A DNA stretch of 64,000 bases from Candidatus Komeilibacteria bacterium CG11_big_fil_rev_8_21_14_0_20_36_20 (GCA_002787405.1 PCWQ01000012.1:76458-140457), one strand, 5' to 3'. Numbered from the stretch's first letter, positions 18,389 through 28,098 are shown. Translations and numbers: made by a program. The notes: generated by a model from the letters alone, not told the origin.

Positions 18389-19339
18389 TTATTTTTTCTT
18401 TTGCCAATCAGGAATCAAAACTTTATCGCCTTGCAAGTAACGATAAGCTTGTAAGGCCGCTTTGGCGCCTTCTCCAGCCGAAATAACTGCTTGCTTATAA
18501 GTAATATCGGAAATATCGCCAGCAGCAAAAATGCCTGGCAAGTTGGTTTCACAATCTTTGGATATTTTGATCTCCTGACGCTCACTAAGCTCGACTAACT
18601 CTTTTAACCAATCTGTTTTAGCCACGTGACCAATTTCAATAAAAACACCGTCAACTTTAACTTCGCCTTCTTGGCCATCATTAGTAATATAAGCCAATGC
18701 TTCTACTTTGTTCTGCCCTTTAATTTCTTTAGTATCGGCGTTGTAAATAATTTCTACATTTTTAGCCGCCTTAACTTGATCGACTAAAACTTGCTCTCCC
18801 CTGAATTGATCTCGACGATGAAGTAAATAAACTTTCTGGGCAATGCGGCTTAAAAATTCAGCAGCATCTAAAGCAGCATTGCCTCCGCCAACCACGATCA
18901 CTGTTTTATCCCGATACAAAGGTCCATCGCAAGTAGCACAATAAGTGACACCTTTGCCAGTTAATTCTTTTTCGCCCGGAACTTTTAAATCACGTGGCAT
19001 TAAACCAAATGCCAAAATTACTGTTTTGGATTTAATTTCTTTATTACTTACTGTTTTTAAAAAAAAAGTTTTGTCTTGTTTTTCTAACTTAACGATCTCT
19101 TCAAAAATAAACTCCGCTCCTGCTTTCTGAGCTTGCTGTTGAAACTTCTGGCCTAATTCCAAACCGCCAATCGTTTCAAAGCCAGGATAATTTTCAATAT
19201 CATCGGTTAGGGACATTTGTCCGCCAACATCTTTAGAAATCACTAGCGTTTTCAAAGCTCGACGAGCAGTATAAATAGCCGCCGTCAAACCAGCTGGCCC
19301 AGCGCCAATGATAACGACGTCATAAATATCGTTTTTCAT
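18389..19339 (-). CDS. trxB: Thioredoxin-disulfide reductase
   Basis: FAD-binding GAGPAG, the redox-active CATCDG, and NADPH-binding GGGNAA motifs are present. Confidence 0.92.
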   Translation of the reverse strand: MKNDIYDVVIIGAGPAGLTAAIYTARRALKTLVISKDVGGQMSLTDDIENYPGFETIGGLELGQKFQQQAQKAGAEFIFEEIVKLEKQDKTFFLKTVSNKEIKSKTVILAFGLMPRDLKVPGEKELTGKGVTYCATCDGPLYRDKTVIVVGGGNAALDAAEFLSRIAQKVYLLHRRDQFRGEQVLVDQVKAAKNVEIIYNADTKEIKGQNKVEALAYITNDGQEGEVKVDGVFIEIGHVAKTDWLKELVELSERQEIKISKDCETNLPGIFAAGDISDITYKQAVISAGEGAKAALQAYRYLQGDKVLIPDWQKKK

Positions 19340-19344
19340 AAAAC

Positions 19345-19671
19345 TTATTTTAAGTGTTGGTTAATCTTTTCCACTAAAGCATCCTTATTTTGTAAACCCA
19401 TCGTTTCATCAACTACTTGACCGTTTTTAAAAATTTTCAAAGTAGGAATACTCATTACTTGAAATTCCGAAGCAGTTGTTTTGCTTTGATCAACGTCAAT
19501 TTTGACAATCTTAACTTTATCGTTTGCGGAAAATTCTTTAGCTAACTCGTCAATAATTGGAGCTTGCATCTGACAAGGCCCGCACCAAGGTGCAAAAAAA
19601 TCAACTAGTACCACGCCGTCAAATTGTTTGACTTCTTGATCAAAATTTTGATCTGTTAAATTCATCGCCAT
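19345..19671 (-). CDS. trxA: Thioredoxin
   Basis: The WCGPC active site is present. Length is 108 aa. Confidence 0.9.
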   Translation of the reverse strand: MAMNLTDQNFDQEVKQFDGVVLVDFFAPWCGPCQMQAPIIDELAKEFSANDKVKIVKIDVDQSKTTASEFQVMSIPTLKIFKNGQVVDETMGLQNKDALVEKINQHLK

Positions 19672-19689
19672 ATATTTTTTAATTACTAA

Positions 19690-19953
19690 TTAAGTTATTT
19701 TAAATAAAATTTTAATTAATTTTAATAATTCCTGTTTTTTTAAAGCCGATTTTTGTCCATAACAACCCTGAATCTTATCAGTCACTAATAGCTGGCAAAC
19801 CGAATCCAAAGAAGCCCGCGCTGCTAAAACCACGCGCACGATTTCTTCAACATCACGCTGGTTCTGATACATTTTTTCAATCGCTCTAATTTGACCTTCA
19901 ATGCGATGGAGCTGCGAAATTATTTTTCCTTGATGACAAATTTTTTGATTCAT
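19690..19953 (-). CDS. CsoR/RcnR/FrmR-family (DUF156) metal- or thiol-sensing transcriptional repressor
   Basis: This 87-aa all-helical protein carries the family pattern (LHRIEGQIRAIEKM...VVLAARASLDSV) and conserved Cys/His positions. It is the first gene of a trxA-trxB operon. Confidence 0.8.
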   Translation of the reverse strand: MNQKICHQGKIISQLHRIEGQIRAIEKMYQNQRDVEEIVRVVLAARASLDSVCQLLVTDKIQGCYGQKSALKKQELLKLIKILFKIT

Positions 19954-19960
19954 ACCTTTA

Positions 19961-19977
19961 ATACCCTATAGGGGTAT
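19961..19977. promoter_or_regulatory. CsoR-type operator palindrome overlapping the csoR promoter -10 and 5' UTR
   Basis: ATACCC-TATA-GGGGTAT is a GC-rich inverted repeat of the kind bound by CsoR-family repressors. A minus-strand -10 TAGTAT (19976-19981) and -35 TTGACA (19999-20004, 17-nt spacer) overlap it. Confidence 0.5.
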
Positions 19978-20021
19978 ACTAACATCTGTGCGCAAGGTTG
20001 TCAAATACCTAACTACTATTA

Positions 20022-20050
20022 TTGACAATATTGATAATTTAAATTAATAT
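20022..20050 (+). promoter_or_regulatory. Candidate sigma70 promoter for the HD-domain gene, divergent from csoR
   Basis: TTGACA (20022-20027), a 17-nt spacer, then TAATAT (20045-20050). An SD AAGGAG lies at 20079-20084. Confidence 0.4.
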
Positions 20051-20090
20051 TCCTCATTAAACTAGTCCCTTAAAAATCAAGGAGTATCCA

Positions 20091-21320
20091 ATGAATTATG
20101 GAATAAAAATCCCAGAAAGAACTATTCATATACCGATTAATGGCCCTGTAGATATTACTGGATTACGACCAATTATAGACAGTCCAAATTTTCAAGGACT
20201 GTTGGAACATTACCAACTTGGTTTTGCTTATAAGGTTTTACCTGGAGGCGTGCATACCCGCTTTGAACATTCTTTAGGTGTTTTATGTCGCTTAAGACAA
20301 ATCATAGAACGACTAAAAATTGTTGATCGGGATGTTGTGCATGCACTTGAAGTAGCTGCTCTCCTCCATGATATTGGTCATGGGCCCTTTTCACATGAAA
20401 TTGAAAAAATGCTGCCCTTTAACCATACTGAAAATGGTTTAAGAATACTGCAGTCGCTACAAAATGTCATTGCCTCTTATGCTAATTATCAATTAGTTGA
20501 AAAACTTTTCAATAATCAGCACCCTCTGGGCCAACTGATTCACAGCCCCAATTTTGGCGCTGATAAAATGGATTATCTTCATCGAGATGCTCATCATACT
20601 GGCTATGAATTAGCTTTTAATGCGGACAAAATCATGCAGTATCTACAATTTATAGAAAATCAGTTAGGTATTAGTGACAAGGTTATTGAAGAAGCTATTA
20701 ATTACCAGTTTAGCTATCTTCGAATGTATAAGATGATTTATCTAAACGGAACCGCTAAAATTATTACTCGTATGTTTCAGCGGGCTTTAGCTGAATTATC
20801 TCGCTTAAATCTTGATCTCTATAATTTAAGCGATTCCGAAGCCCTAACTTTAGCAGCTAAGCATTCTCTAGGTAAAAACATTCTGTTGCGAAAATTGCAC
20901 AAAGCTATTGCTACTTTTAAAATAGCCCCTTATGCCGATGAACAACATCTTGGAGATTTTGACTACCCCATACATGAAATTGATTCTAAACTGCTACAAA
21001 AATGGAACCGGTTTCTTAGCAGTCCAAAAAAACTACTTGAATTAGAAAAGCAGCTTGAAAAAGAGCTTAAACTTAAAAGCGGAGAAATCCTGATTGTCCA
21101 GCCTGGTTTTTTTGAAAGACTGGCACTAAATGACGTTGTTTTGTTTAAAAAAGACAATAGCACCGACTCTCTCTTTTCAAGGGTCCCTAGCCATATAAAT
21201 ACTCTACGCGAAATGGTGGATCGCTTTTTTTATATACATGTGGCTACGACTCAGGAAAATATCATTAGACTGGTAAAAATTGACTTCAAAAAAATTTTTG
21301 AAGAAAATATATCCGAATAA
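20091..21320 (+). CDS. HD-domain phosphohydrolase, dNTP triphosphohydrolase-like
   Basis: HTRFEHSLGV...AALLHDIGHGPFSH...DKMDYLHRD gives the HD-superfamily metal ligands in a dGTPase-like arrangement. Confidence 0.65.
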   Translation: MNYGIKIPERTIHIPINGPVDITGLRPIIDSPNFQGLLEHYQLGFAYKVLPGGVHTRFEHSLGVLCRLRQIIERLKIVDRDVVHALEVAALLHDIGHGPFSHEIEKMLPFNHTENGLRILQSLQNVIASYANYQLVEKLFNNQHPLGQLIHSPNFGADKMDYLHRDAHHTGYELAFNADKIMQYLQFIENQLGISDKVIEEAINYQFSYLRMYKMIYLNGTAKIITRMFQRALAELSRLNLDLYNLSDSEALTLAAKHSLGKNILLRKLHKAIATFKIAPYADEQHLGDFDYPIHEIDSKLLQKWNRFLSSPKKLLELEKQLEKELKLKSGEILIVQPGFFERLALNDVVLFKKDNSTDSLFSRVPSHINTLREMVDRFFYIHVATTQENIIRLVKIDFKKIFEENISE

Positions 21321-21477
21321 TCCTGATTTTTACCTAGTCTTACTTTTTAAACTATTTCCTCTTTTATGACTCTTTAACCTTCGAGATTAATCTCGAAGGT
21401 TATTATTTTTACTTGACAAAATAATATAAATATGCTATACTTATTTAATATAATGTATCTTACAAATTGGAGAAAAA

Positions 21478-21795
21478 ATGCAGAAAATCCTAGATTTTTT
21501 CTGGGTTATCGCCGCTACTCTGGGCACATTGTTTGCCACTGGCTTATTATTAATCTGGATTTTTGATCCAGTAATCTTTGCTAATGAGCAACCATATTTA
21601 ACTTCCCAACAAAATAATCAGTTGGGAATGGAACTAGCTAAGCGCTTTTGGATAGGCCTAATAAGCGCTGTAGTCTGGTTTAGTGTCCTTTGCCTCTTGC
21701 TAGGACTGTTTAAAAAAATAAACAGGAACACTACAAGGGTCTTAATGACTCTTTATTGGCTAGCAACAGTAATTATACTTTATCTCTGCGGCTAA
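21478..21795 (+). CDS. Small polytopic membrane protein, hypothetical
   Basis: 105 aa with three predicted TM segments. An intrinsic terminator follows immediately. Confidence 0.4.
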   Translation: MQKILDFFWVIAATLGTLFATGLLLIWIFDPVIFANEQPYLTSQQNNQLGMELAKRFWIGLISAVVWFSVLCLLLGLFKKINRNTTRVLMTLYWLATVIILYLCG

Positions 21796-21797
21796 AA

Positions 21798-21828
21798 ATT
21801 ACCCTGAACCATCTGGTTCAGGGTATTA
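21798..21828 (+). terminator. Intrinsic terminator
   Basis: CCCTGAACCatctgGTTCAGGG is followed by TATTAAATTT. Confidence 0.5.
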
Positions 21829-21871
21829 AATTTGCTAAAATTAGCCAAAAAAATTAGTTCTATATAGTATC

Positions 21872-22837
21872 TTAGCTCATTTTTTCATCAACAATATCAC
21901 CCACTAACTCTTCTAAAAGATCCTCCATGGTCACTAGCCCCAGAATTTGCTGGTTTTTCCTGACTACCAAAGTAATGTGGGTCTGCTCGGCTCTCATTTT
22001 ATTAAAGACAAGATTAACTTTTTCCCGTTCATTGACCTTCATAATTGGCTGAATATGCTTAATTATCTGATCTTCGCGATCATCACTATTTAAAACTTTC
22101 ATAATATCCATAGCATGAACATAACCAATAATATTATCTTTTTGATTATGATAAACCGGATAACGACTAAATCCTTCTTGGGCCATAAAATAAGCCACCT
22201 GATCTACTTCAGCTTCAGCATCCACAACCGCCATTTTATAGCGAGGCGTCATCGTGTTTTTAACCGAAGTATTATTAAATTCTAGAACATTCATAATCAT
22301 TTCATGCTCTTCAAAGTCTAAAACCCCTTTTTCTACAGCTAAACGGCTAAAGGCCTTAAATTCTGTCTCTGAAACACCTTCTCTTTTTTTGCCTTTAGTT
22401 AACAAAAATAACAATTTTTCTAATAAAAACAACAATGGAAATAGTATTATTTGTAAAAAATAAATAACTGGCGCAAAAAAGAGAGCCATTTTAACAGCAT
22501 GAATCTGAAAATAGGCCTTAGGATACATTTCCCCAAAAATTAAAATCAACAAAGTCATTCCTCCAGTAACTAGCCCTACTCCGGCTGAGCCGACAGTATT
22601 AATAGCTGCTACCGTAGCTAAACTTGCAGCTCCAATATTAACTAGATTATTACCTAATAAAATCACCACTAAAAGACGGGGTTTATTATTTAAAAGTTTA
22701 CTTAGAAGTTCTGCGTTGGGCTTTTTAGCTAAAATTAAAGATCTTATTTTAGCGCTAGAAAGTGAAAAAAGAGCTATTTCCATACCAGAAAACCAAGCTG
22801 ATAAAATAATTAAAAGTGTTAAATATACAAAAATCAT
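21872..22837 (-). CDS. CNNM / HlyC-CorC family transporter (DUF21 TM domain plus a CBS pair)
   Basis: A four-TM N-terminal DUF21-like region is followed by tandem CBS domain patterns. The C-terminus ELVGDIVDE is typical of the family. Confidence 0.8.
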   Translation of the reverse strand: MIFVYLTLLIILSAWFSGMEIALFSLSSAKIRSLILAKKPNAELLSKLLNNKPRLLVVILLGNNLVNIGAASLATVAAINTVGSAGVGLVTGGMTLLILIFGEMYPKAYFQIHAVKMALFFAPVIYFLQIILFPLLFLLEKLLFLLTKGKKREGVSETEFKAFSRLAVEKGVLDFEEHEMIMNVLEFNNTSVKNTMTPRYKMAVVDAEAEVDQVAYFMAQEGFSRYPVYHNQKDNIIGYVHAMDIMKVLNSDDREDQIIKHIQPIMKVNEREKVNLVFNKMRAEQTHITLVVRKNQQILGLVTMEDLLEELVGDIVDEKMS

Positions 22838-23052
22838 ATTTGATCAATTAAAAAACGCCTTAAAAATAAGGGTTTATCATATTTTTACTAAATTTTATTA
22901 AGTATACTTTCGGACTCGGATCAGGGTCTATCTGATTCATATTTCTATATAATAGTGAAATCTACAAAAAAGTCAAATAATTTATCATAGATGACTTGCT
23001 CTCCATACCTCCGAACGAATATTGCAAAGCGATATGAGTGAAGAGCGAAGGA

Positions 23053-23127
23053 TGGTGTCCTTGAGAGGAATCGAACCTCTATTTAGGCCTTAGGAGAGCC
23101 TTGTTCTATCCATTAAACTACAAGGAC
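23053..23127 (-). tRNA. tRNA-Arg (CCT)
   Basis: Reverse complement is GTCCTTGTAGTTTAATGGATAGAACAAGGCTCTCCTAAGGCCTAAATAGAGGTTCGATTCCTCTCAAGGACACCA. The anticodon loop CTCCTAA gives CCT. CCA is encoded. Confidence 0.85.
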
Positions 23128-23534
23128 TTATATATTTCTGTGCCCACCGAAACTGAAAGTGTGGGCGGATCGAATCAAAATTCTAAAAAAATAAAAAATA
23201 TTATTTTTATCTTTATTTTTTAAAACAATATTGTGTCGTAATATATTAGAATTTGGACATCCTAGTTAAAATACCATTGGTTTGTTCTAAAACATAAAAA
23301 GCGACAAAAATAGCTAAAATTAAAAGCGTCAACCATAATGTTTTTCTAATATCTTTCTTTAAAAATATAAATTCATCCATTTGTTTATATTTACTAATAA
23401 AGAGCACCAATAATTATAGTATAAGAGCCGCCAAAAGTCTATCTTAGCCCTGCTCGTTCCTTTGACTTTTTTAGGACTTTGCATTAAGATTGACTTAGTT
23501 AATCAACTTAAAATACTCAATTAAAATAACTTTT

Positions 23535-23984
23535 ATGTTTACTAAAAATCAAACTCACAAAAATCAAAAAACCATCGAAACCATTATTGGGCCGTCTGTT
23601 CGCTTAGATGGCAATTTTAGAGGAGAAGGTGATTTAGTGGTTGAAGGAGTTTTAGTTGGCACTCTACAAACTAAAAATAATCTAAAAATTAGCCCTTCCG
23701 CTGTGGTAGAAGCTAGTATAAAAGCCAATAATGCTTTTATTTCCGGCAAAATCAAAGGAAATATCACTGTAAAAGGAAAAATTGAAATTACTGGTACCGC
23801 TATTATCCTTGGTGATATAAAAGCTCAAATTATTTCTATTGAAAGTGGTGCTTTAATTCAAGGACAAATTTCTATGCCGGTTGAATCAGTGGTGATTACT
23901 GAAGCTAAAAAAGATGTTGATCAAAAAATCTCTCCTTTAACAACTATGAAAGAAAAGCAATTTGAAGAAAAGCCAAATAAGTAA
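23535..23984 (+). CDS. Bactofilin (polymer-forming cytoskeletal protein)
   Basis: A repetitive beta-helix pattern IGPSVRLDGNFRGEGDLVVEGVLVGTL...ITVKGKIEITGTAIILGDIKA is present. The tail is K/E-rich. Confidence 0.8.
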   Translation: MFTKNQTHKNQKTIETIIGPSVRLDGNFRGEGDLVVEGVLVGTLQTKNNLKISPSAVVEASIKANNAFISGKIKGNITVKGKIEITGTAIILGDIKAQIISIESGALIQGQISMPVESVVITEAKKDVDQKISPLTTMKEKQFEEKPNK

Positions 23985-24014
23985 TTAACCATAAGCTATA
24001 GGCAATAATCCAAT

Positions 24015-24764
24015 ATGTATCTTTATATTTATGATTCTTTCCTTAATGACAAAAAATATACTGATCTACTGATAAAAATAGAAAAGAGGGTCACTGATCT
24101 AGGCATTAAGGGTCGTATTGCCAAACTCTCTGTTCTGAAAAATATGAAAGAGTTGATTACCGATGGGATTAAGGAAGGAATACAAAATGTGGTGGTTATT
24201 GGCAACAACCAAACTTTTGCCAAGGTTATAAATATCGTGGCTGATTTAGATATCACCCTAGGATTAATTCCAATTGATAATAATAATAAAATTGCTCAAC
24301 TACTAGGTATTCCTCCTAAAGTCTTGGCTTGTGATGTCTTGGCTTCGCGAATTATTAAAAAAATTGATTTAGGTAAGATAAACAACCATTATTTTATTAA
24401 TACTGCTGAAATTATAAATGGTGATGTAATTATTGAATATGATAATTTTAAAATAAAACCATTAACTGCACACAATCGCATTACGCTTCATAATTTTAAA
24501 ATTGATGAACAGTTAGACTACCAATCAAGCCCGATGGACGGAATTTTAGATGTTGTAATCACTCCTATAAAATCAACTTTATTTGGTAAGAAAAAATCCA
24601 GTCACACGGTTCTTCCTTTTACTAAAATAAAAATCAGCAGCAATGCCGAAGAGCAGGTTTCTATTTTAACTGATGAACAAATTATCATGAAAACACCGGT
24701 GGAAATAACAGTCGCTCCCCAAAGACTAAAAATTATCGTTGGTCCAGATCGAATTTTTACTTAA
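24015..24764 (+). CDS. Hypothetical protein, possibly a degenerate NAD-kinase or DAG-kinase-like fold
   Basis: VVVIGNNQTF sits where GGDGT would lie in the NAD-kinase/DAGK_cat superfamily. Catalytic motifs are not conserved. Confidence 0.3.
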   Translation: MYLYIYDSFLNDKKYTDLLIKIEKRVTDLGIKGRIAKLSVLKNMKELITDGIKEGIQNVVVIGNNQTFAKVINIVADLDITLGLIPIDNNNKIAQLLGIPPKVLACDVLASRIIKKIDLGKINNHYFINTAEIINGDVIIEYDNFKIKPLTAHNRITLHNFKIDEQLDYQSSPMDGILDVVITPIKSTLFGKKKSSHTVLPFTKIKISSNAEEQVSILTDEQIIMKTPVEITVAPQRLKIIVGPDRIFT

Positions 24765-24800
24765 TTATGCTACGTAAAAATATTTTAAGTTATTAAAAAA

Positions 24801-24824
24801 ACACCTTAATAAAGGTGTTTTTTA
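24801..24824. terminator. Bidirectional intrinsic terminator between 24015-24764 and yidC
   Basis: ACACCTTaataAAGGTGT is followed by TTTTTTATT. Confidence 0.5.
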
Positions 24825-24832
24825 TTAGCTTA

Positions 24833-25546
24833 TTATTCAACAACCTCGACGGTCGTTTTTTTATTTTTAACACCTAAAACTATATACTGCTGACCAACTG
24901 AAAATAAGGTAGTTAATAACCAATAGAAAGTTAAGCCAGCTGGAAATTGTGAGCCAATAACTATAGTAACTACCGGCATAATATACAACATCTGTTTGTT
25001 CATGGCACCCATGGTTCCACTGTCTTTTTTCTTAGTCATTAACATTTTTGACTGCCAATATTGAGCTAAACCAGCAAAAACAGCTAATAAAATACTCTTG
25101 TTGGCTAAATTCAAAAATCCAAAAGCCGTTTGATTTAAGATGCCAGGATTGGAAATAAAACCATATAAAGCACTCATCGCATCTTCCTGTTTTAAACCAT
25201 TATAAAAAACTCGATAAACCGCAAATAAAAAAGGTAGTTGAATTAATAAAGGCAGACAAGAGGCAAAAGGGTTTATTTTCTTGTTTTTGTATAAAGCCAT
25301 CAACTCTGGACCCATTTTTTCCTTATCTCCTTTATATTGTTCTTTAATCCTCTCAATCTCCGGCTGAATTGACTGCATATCTTTCTGGGCCTTGATCGAT
25401 TTTTTAGATAGGGGATAAAGAATTAATCGAATAATTAAGGTCAATAAAATAATAGCTATTCCTAGATCCTGTCCAGGGATCACATTGTATAAAAAAACCA
25501 ATAGATTGAAAATGGGTTGGTAGAAAATAACAAAAAATATATTCAT
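24833..25546 (-). CDS. yidC: Membrane protein insertase YidC/Oxa1, short form
   Basis: LYPLSKKSIKAQKDMQSIQPEIERIKEQYKGDKEKM...NPFASCLPLLIQLPFLFAVYRVF matches the YidC core. Confidence 0.88.
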   Translation of the reverse strand: MNIFFVIFYQPIFNLLVFLYNVIPGQDLGIAIILLTLIIRLILYPLSKKSIKAQKDMQSIQPEIERIKEQYKGDKEKMGPELMALYKNKKINPFASCLPLLIQLPFLFAVYRVFYNGLKQEDAMSALYGFISNPGILNQTAFGFLNLANKSILLAVFAGLAQYWQSKMLMTKKKDSGTMGAMNKQMLYIMPVVTIVIGSQFPAGLTFYWLLTTLFSVGQQYIVLGVKNKKTTVEVVE

Positions 25547-25569
25547 GTTTTTGTTTTATTTATTAATTA

Positions 25570-25803
25570 TCACAACGGATCGTGTCCGCCTCGCGAAAAA
25601 GGGTGACAGCGCAAAATACGCCAAAATGATTTCAAAAGCCCTTTAATTAGCCCATATTTTTTAATAGCTTGATAAGAATATGCTGAACAGGTTGGTGTAA
25701 AACGACAATAGCCATAAGGAAAATATACTCTAAACCACCCTGTGTCTGGAGATAGTGTTTTTTGATACCAATAAATTAATTTTAAGACAATTTTATTTAT
25801 CAC
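25570..25803 (-). CDS. yidD: Membrane protein insertion efficiency factor YidD
   Basis: [39 protein letters not shown] matches the YidD signature. Confidence 0.85.
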   Translation of the reverse strand: MINKIVLKLIYWYQKTLSPDTGWFRVYFPYGYCRFTPTCSAYSYQAIKKYGLIKGLLKSFWRILRCHPFSRGGHDPL

Positions 25804-26152
25804 CTTGAGATTTATTATAGATTTTTATTTGAGAAAAGGCAAAGAGTAGTTGTTTTTTTATCTGCTGAAAATCTAGCTCCAATGCCCTTTTTTTAGCTAT
25901 AATTAGCACCGAATATCCTAATTTTAAATTTGGAAAAAGCTCTTTAACAGCTTCTCTTAGCCGCCTTTTTAATAAATTACGAACACTAGCCCTTTTATCA
26001 ACTTTGGTAGAAATAACAAAACCAACCTTAGTGGTTGCTTCTTTATTTATTTGATATCTAATAATAAATTGGGGTAATAAAAATGTTCGACCGGTTTTAA
26101 CCAATTTTTTTATTTCGGTTTCTTTGTTAAGTCTATGGTTTTTAGGCAGCAT
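25793..26152 (-). CDS. rnpA: Ribonuclease P protein component
   Basis: [21 protein letters not shown]...[11 protein letters not shown] matches the RnpA pattern. Its position between rpmH and yidD fits. Confidence 0.85.
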   Translation of the reverse strand: MLPKNHRLNKETEIKKLVKTGRTFLLPQFIIRYQINKEATTKVGFVISTKVDKRASVRNLLKRRLREAVKELFPNLKLGYSVLIIAKKRALELDFQQIKKQLLFAFSQIKIYNKSQGDK

Positions 26153-26169
26153 AATGGCCTTGTTTTTGA

Positions 26170-26310
26170 TTAAACAGTTAACCGGCCTCTTTTTTTAGTG
26201 CGACGCCTTTTTAAAACTTGGCGACCCTTTTTATCAGCCATTCTAGCCATAAAACCGTGTGTTTTTGCTCTTTTTCTTTTTTTGGGCTGATAAGTTCTTT
26301 TGGTTGACAT
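26170..26310 (-). CDS. rpmH: 50S ribosomal protein L34
   Basis: Reverse translation gives [46 protein letters not shown] (46 aa). It is not in the ORF track because it is too short. Confidence 0.85.
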   Translation of the reverse strand: MSTKRTYQPKKRKRAKTHGFMARMADKKGRQVLKRRRTKKRGRLTV

Positions 26311-26491
26311 AAACTAGAGATCTTCAATAATTAATAACTTCAAAATGATACCACATTCTTTGTTTTTTAACAAGGTTAAAATCTTTTCCAATTTTACCAA
26401 CATTTTATACACATGTTATTAACTCAATTAATGTTTAAGTTAATATTATTTTGTGTTATAGTTATATTACGTATATTTTCACCCTAAAAAC
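26311..26491. other. rpmH-dnaA intergenic region: dnaA promoter region and possible part of oriC
   Basis: AT-rich. Weak DnaA-box-like TTATACACA at 26405-26413. Gene strand bias switches here. Confidence 0.3.
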
Positions 26492-27865
26492 ATGCATGAT
26501 AATGACAAATTATGGCAAACTGTTTTGGGAGAATTAGAGCTCCTAATCAGTAAAGCTAATTTTACTACTTGGTTTAAAAATACTTTTATTACTGAGAGTG
26601 ATAGTCAAAATATTGTTGTCGGAGTACCCAACGCTTTTACTAAGGTTTGGTTAGAAAAAAAATATCACAAAAACATAACTGAAGCCCTAGAAAATGTTTT
26701 ATCAAAAAATAATCTACAGGTTATCTACAGGGTTGAAAATAAAGATAATATAGCTAAAATTAGCCAAAAAAATACAAAATATTCTGAAAAAAATGAAGGT
26801 GTTGTGCATAACTCAACCCCATCCATTAAAAAATCATCTGGAAAATTTGGGGTTAATTTTAACTACACTTTTAATAATTTTGTGGTTGGGCCTGGTAATG
26901 AACTGGCTCATGCCGCAGCAGATGCCGCTGCCAAAAGACCCGGCGAGGTTTATAATCCTCTTTTTATCTATGGTGGGGTTGGTTTAGGTAAAACTCACCT
27001 TATTCAGGCGGTTGGTAACCACATTTTATCAAAAAACCCTTCCAAAAAAATTCTTTACATTAATAGTGAAAAATTTACCAACGACTTCATTTATTCCATA
27101 AAAAATGGTCGAACTGATGATTTTAAAGAAAGATACCGCAGTGTAGATGTCTTATTAATTGATGATATTCAATTTATTGCCGGCAAAGAACAAACTCAAG
27201 AGGAGTTTTTTCACACTTTTAATGTCCTACATCAAAATAATAAACAAATTGTTATTTCTTCAGACCGGCCGCCAAAAGCCATCCCTAGTATTGAAAGCCG
27301 CCTTATTTCTCGTTTTGAATGGGGAATGATTGCTGATATTTCTTTTCCAGACCTAGAAACTCGTATGGCTATTTTAGAAATCAAATGTAGAGATAAAAAC
27401 TACCAATTAAATAAAGATGTGGTTGAATTTATTGCTGAAAACATTCAAAATAACATTAGGGAATTAGAAGGCGCTTTAAATAAAATTATTGTTTTTCATC
27501 AATTAAACAACACTATGCCAAGCTTAGAAAGCGTCAAGGCGATTTTAAGTGGGATTTCAAACAACCCTAAAAAAGCCGGATTAACCACTAAAAGAATTTT
27601 ACAAGTAATTGCCGAATTTTTTGATATTAGTGCTGGTGATCTATTGGGTAGTAGTCGTAAAAAAGAGTTGGTAGTCCCCCGCCAAATTGCCATGTTTCTT
27701 ATGCGGGAGGAATTAAACTCTTCTTATCCTAATATTGGCCGTTCGCTTGGCGACCGAGATCACACCACAGCTATGCACGCTTGTTTAAAAATAGGTGGTT
27801 TGGTTGAATCTGATGACAAAATAAAAAATGATGTTTTTGTTTTAAGACAAAAAATATATGAGTAA
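26492..27865 (+). CDS. dnaA: Chromosomal replication initiator DnaA
   Basis: The AAA+ Walker A GVGLGKTHL and box VII are present. The C-terminal DNA-binding domain HTTAMHA is present. Confidence 0.97.
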   Translation: MHDNDKLWQTVLGELELLISKANFTTWFKNTFITESDSQNIVVGVPNAFTKVWLEKKYHKNITEALENVLSKNNLQVIYRVENKDNIAKISQKNTKYSEKNEGVVHNSTPSIKKSSGKFGVNFNYTFNNFVVGPGNELAHAAADAAAKRPGEVYNPLFIYGGVGLGKTHLIQAVGNHILSKNPSKKILYINSEKFTNDFIYSIKNGRTDDFKERYRSVDVLLIDDIQFIAGKEQTQEEFFHTFNVLHQNNKQIVISSDRPPKAIPSIESRLISRFEWGMIADISFPDLETRMAILEIKCRDKNYQLNKDVVEFIAENIQNNIRELEGALNKIIVFHQLNNTMPSLESVKAILSGISNNPKKAGLTTKRILQVIAEFFDISAGDLLGSSRKKELVVPRQIAMFLMREELNSSYPNIGRSLGDRDHTTAMHACLKIGGLVESDDKIKNDVFVLRQKIYE

Positions 27866-28098
27866 AAAGTGTTAATAATATTGTTAATAAACCCTTAAAA
27901 TAATTTGTAAAACAAAAAACAATATCCCCAAAACATATTTTTCAACAAGTTAGTAGAAAATCATTAACGCTTTATCCCCAAAAAAATTTATAGAAAAATA
28001 AAAACATTCCTTAATAAAAACATAAAATTTGAAAAAGTTATCAACTTATAAACAGGGCTTATTACTACAATTAATTCTAAATAAATAACAATAATAAT
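27866..28098. other. dnaA-dnaN intergenic region: candidate oriC with a DNA-unwinding element
   Basis: Very AT-rich. DnaA-box-like 9-mers TTATCCCCA (27972-27980) and ATATCCCCA (27922-27930). Canonical position between dnaA and dnaN. Confidence 0.4.

Noticed and set aside
24015-24764. Calling 24015-24764 an NAD kinase or diacylglycerol kinase.
   Set aside because: The GGDGT and downstream catalytic motifs are not conserved (VIGNNQTF instead). It is left as a hypothetical with a possible degenerate kinase-like fold.
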